From NCBI RefSeq assembly GCF_006345805.1, contig NC_043021.1, positions 11,160,001-11,224,000 of the forward strand: DNA of 64,000 nt, given 5' to 3'. The translations under genes and the position numbers were made by a program. The notes under the pieces are model-generated. The model was given only the letters and a program-made list of their open reading frames with translations. It ran no database searches and was not told the DNA's origin. Source of the stretch: Octopus sinensis. Taxonomy: Eukaryota. Positions 38,269 to 44,770 of the stretch are shown here, piece by piece; the first letter of the stretch is position 1; each line of letters begins with the position of its first letter.

Positions 38269-39227
38269 GTGTGTGTATATGTTTGTGTGTCTGTGTTTGT
38301 CCCCCCAACATCACTTGATAACCGATGCTGGTGTGTTTACGTCCCTGTAACTTAGCGGTCCGGCAAAAGTGACTGATAGAATAAGTACTAGGCTTACAAA
38401 GAATAAGTCCTGGGGTCGATTTGCTCGACTAAAGGCTGTGCTCCAGCATGGCCGCAGTCAAATGACTGAAACAAGTAAAAGAGTAAAGACACTTGTTTGA
38501 AAATACACACACACACACACACACATATTTGTTATGCAATTTATAAACAAATTTCTGATCAAAATTTAATTTTTCCCTTCTGTGTTTTTTTTCTTTTTTC
38601 TCTTTTGGAAAGGTCAAAGGGCATTTGGATTACATGAAGAAATTAGACAATGTTCTTAAAGTTGTTGGAATACGTACGAAACAGTTGTCCCCTCTCTCGT
38701 CTTCAGTGTCATCTTTGGCAAGTCTTTGCTCTGCGAGGGAGAAAGGCAGCAGTTCAAATCCGGATGAGGCTGAACCAGTCAACTCCAAGAATCCATCCAC
38801 GAGTTCTAGCTTACTGTTTGACACCCGAAGCCCCAATAATCCCACCTCCGACCTTGATCTCGATCCTGATCCTGACCTCGAGGAGTACGACTCCTTTAAC
38901 TTGCACACCTGCTCCGATCTTGATTTGATCTCGGAGTACAGCCTTACCTGTGACTCTGTTACAGCCGAAACCACTGCGCTCGATTCTCTCAAGCTCACCT
39001 CTCCCACCGACGACCTCGACGAGGATTCGAAAAACTCAAGTTCTGTTCCGACTAAAAGTGAAAACGGGGCAATTAGCCCAGCTTCTAGTTACGCCCTGAT
39101 TGATGGCGATGCGGACGATAACGATGACGGGGATGGCAGACCTAACGACACTCTGGTCGCGGACCCCACTACCGAGTCTTTTGGCGATTCGGCATCTGAC
39201 TCAGGAAACTGGGATAACTCGGAGTAA
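8349..39227 (+). CDS. TMCO4: TMCO4 / DUF726 family transmembrane alpha/beta-hydrolase-like protein, 13 coding exons, about 732 aa: join(8349-8587,9725-9782,12675-12819,16175-16307,17280-17377,19523-19666,20455-20601,22681-22842,24406-24542,26155-26239,30542-30659,36287-36404,38613-39227)
   Basis: All introns are GT-AG and all phases match, giving 2199 nt (a multiple of 3). The translation has DUF726 hallmarks: [84 protein letters not shown]. Confidence 0.92.
8735..9015 (+). mobile_element. Retroposon 3' segment family (aggaagggcatccagctgtaga...aacccatgccagcatggaaagcggacgttaaa + (GAT)n tail)
   Basis: Multiple copies, about 935-1370, 2720-3010, 7825-8010(-), 10280-10515(-), 15325-15585, 20750-20995, 24100-24220; (GAT)n tail typical of retroposons. 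Confidence 0.75.
9725..9782 (+). CDS. TMCO4: TMCO4 exon ([19 protein letters not shown])
   Basis: ttttag acceptor after (ATT)n, CAG|gtgggt donor; phase 2 to phase 0 bridges the flanking exons. Confidence 0.8.
12675..12819 (+). CDS. TMCO4: TMCO4 exon ([25 protein letters not shown]...LINN)
   Basis: tttcag acceptor, G|gtaaac donor, open frame. Confidence 0.85.
13049..13454 (+). mobile_element. Full-length tRNA-derived SINE, dominant family (octopus OK-like); representative of about 25 copies
   Basis: A-box-like TGGCTGTGTGG, B-box-like GGTTCAGTCCC, internal (TA)/(TG) microsatellite, tail aagtaaaagagta. Approximate other copies: 5861-6215(-), 6555-6850, 7340-7770, 11287-11690, 12075-12495(-), 16390-16935(-), 17410-17798(-), 25585-25975(-), 28855-29245(-), 32427-32882(-), 37090-37490, 38062-38488, 43740-44155(-), 46805-47165(-), 63937-64000. 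Confidence 0.88.
13528..14393. repeat. Diverged tandem repeat, about 340-bp unit, about 2.5 copies (starts near 13530, 13863, 14219)
   Basis: Recurrent tgatctggtggtct..., ccaaaagccaata, gttctaacaga, gggataaatattacctct. Confidence 0.88.
15670..16150 (+). mobile_element. CR1-like LINE 3' fragment
   Basis: Translates as [23 protein letters not shown] and RVAEAWNKL (CR1 ORF2 C-terminal motif), ends in (ATT)n; related 3' ends at about 10020-10140 and 31982-32200. Confidence 0.75.
16175..16307 (+). CDS. TMCO4: TMCO4 exon ([18 protein letters not shown]...)
   Basis: Conserved YDAR motif; tttag acceptor, CA|gtgagt donor. Confidence 0.92.
17280..17377 (+). CDS. TMCO4: TMCO4 exon ([32 protein letters not shown])
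   Basis: Charged helix followed by a Gly-rich hydrophobic segment; ttcag acceptor, G|gtaagc donor. Confidence 0.93.
19523..19666 (+). CDS. TMCO4: TMCO4 exon ([16 protein letters not shown]...[10 protein letters not shown])
   Basis: Gly/Ala-rich membrane segments typical of DUF726; caacag acceptor, G|gtctct donor. Confidence 0.93.
20455..20601 (+). CDS. TMCO4: TMCO4 exon ([16 protein letters not shown]...ITIAVNGWL)
   Basis: Conserved motif; ttgcag acceptor, G|gtaagt donor. Confidence 0.93.
21109..21160 (-). ncRNA. Minimal hammerhead-ribozyme-like motif (same family as 27039)
   Basis: gacac-CTGATGA-a-GGCTG...CAGCC-GAAAC-GTT-gtgtt on the - strand. Confidence 0.55.
21215..21995. repeat. Diverged tandem repeat, about 270-bp unit, about 3 copies
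   Basis: Recurrent tcaccatccaattccatt..gaatttgaattggga near 21218, 21485 and 21771. Confidence 0.88.
22681..22842 (+). CDS. TMCO4: TMCO4 exon (DYKEPW...[14 protein letters not shown]...LKYTILS)
   Basis: tttcag acceptor, G|gttagt donor; conserved WE motif. Confidence 0.93.
24406..24542 (+). CDS. TMCO4: TMCO4 exon (GLLAAITWP...[28 protein letters not shown])
   Basis: IDNPW motif; tccag acceptor, CAG|gttggt donor. Confidence 0.93.
26155..26239 (+). CDS. TMCO4: TMCO4 exon with nucleophile elbow ([28 protein letters not shown])
   Basis: GxSxG motif; ttgcag acceptor, G|gtgggt donor. Confidence 0.95.
27039..27085 (+). ncRNA. Minimal hammerhead-ribozyme-like motif in a Penelope-like remnant
   Basis: gatac-CTGATGA-a-GGCTG...CGGCC-GAAAC-GTT-gtgtt: both core boxes, stem II, palindromic ACGT stem III, stem I. 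Confidence 0.55.
27508..27799. mobile_element. MITE with about 30-bp TIRs and 8-bp TSD (hAT-like)
   Basis: ggtactacttaagaagagtggtcccggtgcgca / tgcgcaccgggaccactcttcttaaatagtacc; TSD atttattt on both sides. Confidence 0.85.
27809..28218. mobile_element. MITE (ggatcttttcggtttgaacggcagttttt TIR family), copy 1
   Basis: TIRs present; near-identical to 54704-55148. Confidence 0.85.
29770..30480. repeat. ACC/ATC triplet-derived minisatellite with a 60-63-bp higher-order unit
   Basis: Repeated catcattacaaacactaccaccaaaaccacaaccatctttatgatcaccacc. Confidence 0.9.
30542..30659 (+). CDS. TMCO4: TMCO4 exon ([16 protein letters not shown]...[11 protein letters not shown])
   Basis: Conserved VILLGAP; ttgcag acceptor, AG|gttggt donor. 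Confidence 0.92.
31247..33090 (+). mobile_element. Internally deleted piggyBac-like transposon
   Basis: TTAA duplications (31243-46 and 33091-94); TIR ccccttaa..tggat / atccattaagggg; acidic N-terminal remnant [10 protein letters not shown]; C-terminal Cys-rich remnant [27 protein letters not shown] at about 32255-32344. Confidence 0.85.
31255..31474. mobile_element. TTAA-flanked piggyBac-type MITE
   Basis: ttaa-ccctttcgttac ... gtaacaaaaggg-ttaa; partial inverted copy at about 4601-4728. Confidence 0.8.
34689..35510. mobile_element. Defective mariner element
   Basis: Imperfect TIRs (atcaataagtatctggactattgccatagtaact / agttactatggcaacagtccagatgcttattga); remnants [13 protein letters not shown] (+) and [19 protein letters not shown]...[14 protein letters not shown] (-), a WVPxxL-type motif. 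Confidence 0.85.
36287..36404 (+). CDS. TMCO4: TMCO4 exon ([13 protein letters not shown]...NIDLSDV)
   Basis: DWLL motif; tcacag acceptor, GTG|gtgagt donor. Confidence 0.93.
36480..36708. mobile_element. TTAA-flanked MITE (ccctttagcatt family)
   Basis: ttaa-ccctttag ... ctaaaggg-ttaa; related interrupted copy at 30696-33154 and a partial copy at 36709-36860. Confidence 0.75.
37617..37830. mobile_element. Mariner-type MITE
   Basis: TIRs gctgaaaagttcctggc / gccaggaacttttcagc. Confidence 0.7.
38613..39227 (+). CDS. TMCO4: TMCO4 terminal coding exon ([11 protein letters not shown]... followed by an acidic Ser-rich tail)
   Basis: GHLDY motif; T-rich tract plus AG at 38611-38612; TAA at 39225-39227. 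Confidence 0.9.
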   Translation, partial: VKGHLDYMKKLDNVLKVVGIRTKQLSPLSSSVSSLASLCSAREKGSSSNPDEAEPVNSKNPSTSSSLLFDTRSPNNPTSDLDLDPDPDLEEYDSFNLHTCSDLDLISEYSLTCDSVTAETTALDSLKLTSPTDDLDEDSKNSSSVPTKSENGAISPASSYALIDGDADDNDDGDGRPNDTLVADPTTESFGDSASDSGNWDNSE

Positions 39228-39331
39228 AACGTTGGAGATTCCACCACCGAGCCGAGCACCAACCTCCGATGGCATGCTTGGCGACCTTGTGTCACACTGC
39301 AACTCCCGTGATACTACTACTAACATGGCAG

Positions 39332-39362
<31 letters not shown>

Positions 39363-40442
39363 AACTACACTTTTACAAGAGAGCTTTAATTTGGAAAAGA
39401 CTAATATCTAATGATTAATTAAATTAAAATTTACTAATATGTGGGTGGTGTGTGTGTGTATGTATGTATGTATATATGTATGTATATAACATTCCCAACT
39501 GAATTGCTTGAATAATTGTGGAGATCTTTTTCACATGAAACCATTGGTTGCCTTGTTAATCTACAAATACAGTATATATATATATATATATAAAGTACTG
39601 CTAAACTTTACTAGAGAAATAACTTTAATTTAGAAAAGACTAATAGCTAGTAATTAAATAATAATTTCCCAACATGTGGGTGGTGTGTGTGTGTATATAT
39701 ATATATATATATTGTGTGTATGTGTGTATGTATGTATATATGTAATGTGAAGAAACAAAAGATCTGGTAATTCAATCTGCAAACATGACTCCGGTTAGAG
39801 ATGGCTTTAAAAGACAATTTTACATGATAGATTAAAAATATATAAATACACAGACATTTTTTAAGAACTATTCCGGATTTTAACTTCGTTTCTCATTGTA
39901 TCTTTTAGTTCATTTCCATCAACACCTCAGACTTTCTCCAATATTCTTTACCTATACACACATGTTTTAAAGTTTTTATGTCTCCACCCGGAGATTCTTT
40001 AAAATCTTTTATTTTACACACATATTTTTAATATATATATTTACTTATTGATTTTTTAAAAATGTCTGTATTTATATATTTTTAATCTATCAGGTACAAT
40101 TGTCCTTTAAATCCATCTCTAATCAGAGTCATGTTTGCGAATTGAATTACCAGGTCTTTTGTTTCTTCATATTACATATTACATATATCTTTTGTCTCAA
40201 GTTACTTTTGAGCACTTCTAAGTCCAAACCTCTTTATTGTGAGAGAATTTCAAATCAATCTTCTTTCTCAAAACAATTGATATATATATATATATATATA
40301 TATATCAATTGTTTTGAGAAAGGAGATTGATTGATATATATATACACACACACACATAACATTCCCAGCTGGATTGCTTGAATAATTGTGGAGATCTTTT
40401 CCACATAAAACCATTGGTTGCCTTGGTAATCAAGAAATTACG

Positions 40443-40491
<49 letters not shown>

Positions 40492-40630
40492 CACAATTTA
40501 AAAATAGGATAAAATCTTTATAAGAATTTATCAAGTAGTTAGCGTGAAAATCCTCATAAGGGAAAAATTTATTAATTATTCCCCTTAAATATATTTATTT
40601 ATATTAAAGGCATTACTATACATAAATGCC

Positions 40631-40669
<39 letters not shown>

Positions 40670-41396
40670 ATGGCTGTTGACCCATTATCAATTATAACTA
40701 GCTTCTGTGCTAAAATTGCAGATGTAGTGCCTTCCTATCTTGGGCTCCTATTGTAACAAAGATAGTATGGTAACAGTATGGCAAGACCAAGATTCCACCC
40801 GCTTTGATGCCTAAAATCCACCCATCCATGCATCCACCCACAACAACTATTGCATCCTTTCAAAGTCAGTAACACTGCGTTGTTAATGTGACTTTCTCAC
40901 TATGATATTTTCAGTTGAAAGAGTCTCCTTTCTGGACGCAAATCTTTGGTCATGTAATCAGTTCTTCGGATCATGGCAGACTAATTGCATACACACATAC
41001 ACACACACCTAATCAGTCCGAGGATTGTGTTTTGTGTGAAACTGATATCTGACAGTAAATTGAATAAATAAATTGTTAAACTATATTTTTGAATAATGAA
41101 TGCTGTTTCTTTCGTCTGTATAAACTAGACACGTGTGTTTGTGTTATTACTCACGTTATTAACTTCGATTTTTGTTATTTAAAATATACGACATTCCTTT
41201 AATAGCTATTTTGGGACCAAGCAAGATATTTGCTATCATATTTTCAAAAGATATCTGGAGATTACAGCAATGAAGTTGTGACAGTACTTATAATGTAAAC
41301 TGGTTTTTCTTTGCTTTTGCAGCTGTTTATAAGGCATGTAACAGCAGGAAGAAACTGAGTTGTCTTATTTGTTTAACTGAAAAAGATTTTAAAGTA

Positions 41397-41899
41397 CTGT
41401 AAATCCTCAAGTATAGTTCGCCCTTGAGTATAATATGCAGGGGATTTTTAGGGGGCTGTAACTCTGAAAAACCTAAACATTGTGTATAATACGTACCCCT
41501 TGAGTGAAGGAGGTCTATATAATGTCCTTGGTTTGTAAAAATGTATACGGTAACGTCCTTTATTATTATTGTATATATAACATAATGCAAACGTGTAGCT
41601 TTTTTGTGCATTTTGTTTGCAGAAAATAAAGAAATAACAGTAATAACGTTTAATAAATGTTACTTACTACAAGTTATGGATGATTCTTTTATGACTTTAT
41701 TGCTTTCAGGCTTAGCTTAAGATATTTTCGTGCCCGACATCACAAAATGCGTCTGGATAAACATTGCTGGACAGCAAATAGGGACTCGGACATTGTTTAG
41801 AAAATATTTTTCATTTTTAACCTTGTATATAGTACGCACTAGGGATTTTGACCTTTAAATTTTTGGGAAAAAATGCGGATTATACTCGAGGATTTACGG
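41397..41899. mobile_element. TA-flanked Tc1/mariner/pogo-type MITE
   Basis: TIR ctgtaaatcctcaagtata / tatactcgaggatttacgg, TA flanks; second copy at 56488-57002. Confidence 0.82.
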
Positions 41900-42269
41900 T
41901 ACTGCAGAAATGGCATTAACTCAAGAAATGGCATGCTGTACTTGTTTGCATAAATCGAAAAAGTTGTTGTTTTGTGATTGGTCTAAGTCACCTTCAGTTG
42001 ATATAATGCATTGCATCATTATTTTTATTTATTTGAATTTATGTTTAAACACGCATCTAATCAAATGCATCTTTTGACTTGATATTTTGAATTTTCTTTT
42101 TAATTCTCTCCTGTCTCGTTTGACAATCAGAGACATGAAAGTCAGTTACGAAATTTGAACCATATTGATTGATATATATTGAGCATCTATAACACACTTA
42201 GATTGTGTTAAAAGGAGTTATAGGAGTCTCACCACAAACACCTTCAAATATCGTTTTTACCAACATCTA

Positions 42270-42825
42270 CAAGGGTGAATCAAAAAGTAATGCCATTTTG
42301 TTTAGGACAGGTATAATTACCAACACAGGAACATGTATCATACATCAAAATGAAGCTGATCCTCTGTGGATCACATCCCCACTGTTCAACATCATCACCG
42401 TTTCTCTCAGCAATGTTTCACCTTCGAATGAGAGTACGTATCCCTGCCCCGTAAAATTCTGTTGACTGTTTCTTTGAGCCACTTCTTCACTACAGTTTTC
42501 ACTTCCTTGTCACTGGAATAATGTTTGCCTCTCAAGCCCTCTTTCGTGGCGCCAAAGAGATGATAGTCTGAAGGCACTAAATCTGGTGAGTGTGGAGGTA
42601 GTGAACAAGTGGCTCAAAGAATAGTCAACAGAATGTTATGGGGCAGGGAAACATGCTCTCATTCGAAGGTGAAACATTGCTGTTGAGAGAGACGGTGGCT
42701 ATGTTGAGAAGTAGGGGATGTGATCCACAGAGGATCAGCTTCACTTTGATGCATGATACATGTTCCTGTGTTGGTAATTATACCTGTCCTAAACAAAAAT
42801 GGTATTACTTTATGACTCACCCTCG
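42270..42825 (-). mobile_element. Mariner-derived MITE with long inverted arms
   Basis: TA duplication (42268-69 and 42826-27); TIRs caagggtgaatcaaaaagtaat / tattactttatgactcaccctcg; internal - strand remnant PPHSPDLVPSDYHLFG...KHYSSDKEVKTVVKKWL (mariner YSPDLAPSD motif). Confidence 0.88.
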
Positions 42826-42938
42826 TACATTTGTTTAGGCTAAGTAAAATAAGTCCACATCTCGTGTCTGAATTTGTCTGCATGCATCCCATAACACAGC
42901 ATGTTGTTGCTAATTCGTACAATCTGACTGCTTGGCTG

Positions 42939-43449
42939 TCATTCCTAAATAACAGATGTTTATGCTCGGCTTGGAATCAGAACTTATCCCACGGAAAATT
43001 ACCTCTTGTGGAACATGTTAGAATTCATCATTCCGTTCTTTTCAATTTTACAAACATTGGCTATGATATATATATTAATCTGACCTTGAGGAGTACGACT
43101 CCTTTAACTTGCATACCTGCTCCGATCTTGATTTCATCTCGGAATACAGCCTTACTTGTGACTCTGTTACAGCCGAAACCACTGCGCTCAATTCTCTCAA
43201 GCTCACCTCTCCCACCGACGACCTTGACGAGGATTCGAAAAACTCAAGTTCTGTTCTGACTAAAAGTGAAAACGGGGCAATTAGTCCAGCTTCTAGTTAC
43301 GCTCTGTTCCGTTGATCGGATCATTCCTAAATAACAGGTGTTTATGCTCGGCTTGGAATCAGAACTTATCCCACGGAAAAGTACCTCTTGCGAAACATGT
43401 TAGAATTCATCATTCCATTGTTTTCAATTTTACAAACATTGGCCAAGAT
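42939..43449. repeat. 129-bp direct repeat pair (42939-43067 and 43321-43449) flanking the TMCO4-derived insert
   Basis: Both copies read tcattcctaaataacag...ttttacaaacattggc. Confidence 0.93.
43080..43306 (+). pseudogene. 227-bp duplicated fragment of the TMCO4 terminal exon (source 38872-39098)
   Basis: Ungapped alignment with about 10 substitutions by hand count. Confidence 0.95.
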
Positions 43450-44344
43450 GTTGCTATAATCGTTACAAATATGGGTTTTTTTTTTTTGATGTTATTTAAC
43501 CATAGGTCGGCCTTGAGTTACCAAACCATCTGTGGCCAAGTCACCCCCATTTATTGTCAATGTTTATCTTAGATTACATTATTTAATGTTCTGCTGTTTT
43601 TGTTGATGTGTTTCTCTATGCAAAGTCTGTTGAAGACAAGAGTATGAGGAGTCAATGTAGTCTCCATGACTGGTGAAGTTGCTATTCCGACTTTCACCAA
43701 TTGGTTACATATTTCCAGTGGATCTTTTAGTTTTTTTTTTACCTGTTTCAGTCATTGGACTGCGGCCATGCTAGAGCACTGGCGTAAAGTTTTTTTTTCT
43801 TTCTCGTTTTTAGTCGAATAAATCGACAACAATACTAATTTTTTAAAAAAGTCTGGTTCTTATTTTATATGTCTTTCGTTGAACTGCTAACTTACGGGGT
43901 CGTACACAAACCAGCACCGGTCATCGAGTGGTGGTGCCATGTGGACAAACAACACATGCACACACACACACATGCACACACGCACGCATGCACATACATA
44001 CGCAATCACACAGTTTTCACCAACCAGATTCACTCACAAAACATTGGCCGGCCCAGGGCAATAGTATGACACTTGCTCAAAGTGCCACACAGCGGGACTG
44101 AACTCCGAACCAGGTAGTTGCAAATCGAACATCTTAACCACACAAGCATACCTGTATGAATAACAAGCCAAGATATCATCAAGCGACGAAAACACAGACA
44201 CAAACTTTAAGCGGCCGTATTGGAGGTTTTCCCATCCTGTCATCCGCTGATTTATACTAAGGATAAGACTTGCTCCTAAGCTATTATTGAGTTATTTCCC
44301 TTTCATCAGTAAAGTGAGTGAAGGCGCGTAGCTTAGTAGCTTAG

Positions 44345-44770
44345 AGGCGGCGAGCTGGCAGAGACGTTAGCACGCCGGACGAAATGCTTAGCGGTATTTC
44401 GTCTGTCGTTACGTTGTGAGTTCAAATTCCGCCGAGGTCGACTTTGCCTTTCATCCTTTCGGGGTCGATAAATTAAGTACCAGTTACGCACTGGGGTCGA
44501 TGTAATCGACTTAATACCTATGTCTGTCCTTGTTTGTCCCCTCTGTATTTAGCCCCTTGTGGGTAATAAAGAAATAGAAATAGGTATTTCTTCTGCTGTT
44601 ACGTTGTGAGTTCAAATTCCGCCGAGGTCGACTTTGCCTTTCATCCTTTCGGGGTCGATAAATTAAGTACCAGTTACTCACTGGAGTCGATGTAATCGAC
44701 TTAATACCTATGTCTGTCCTTGTTTGTCCCCTCTATGTTTAGCCCCTTGTGGGTAATAAAGAAATAGGTA
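44345..44770 (+). mobile_element. Second tRNA-derived SINE family (ggcggcgagctggcaga...gaggtcgactttgcctttcatcctttcggggtcgataa), internally dimerised copy
   Basis: B-box-like gagttcaaattcc. Approximate other copies: 8040-8232(-), 9085-9650 (three), 27220-27440, 45085-45885(-), 57707-57925, 62285-62495(-). Confidence 0.82.

Larger units (their letters stand above)
42257..43667 (-). pseudogene. Candidate fragmented insulin/relaxin-family peptide precursor (pseudogene or highly divergent gene)
   Basis: In order on the - strand: signal-like METTL/LLILLSSTDFA (43667 onward, needs a frameshift and is followed by TAG); B-like HICNDYSNILANVC (43473-43432); KIENNGMMNSNMFRKR; A-like LYELATTCCVMGCMQTNSDTRC with CC-X3-C-X8-C (42901-42857). 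Confidence 0.5.

Noticed and set aside
38630-39295. Antisense ORFs over the TMCO4 last exon
   Set aside because: Shadow frames of a GC-richer coding exon
42057-42186. Open - strand frame CSIYINQYGSNF...KSKDAFD* after a tatag acceptor
   Set aside because: No phase-compatible upstream donor found and no recognisable homology
44034-44243. - strand ORF MTGWENLQYGRLKF... with an apparent AG|GTATG donor
   Set aside because: The donor coincides with the 5' end of a SINE and the ORF runs into it
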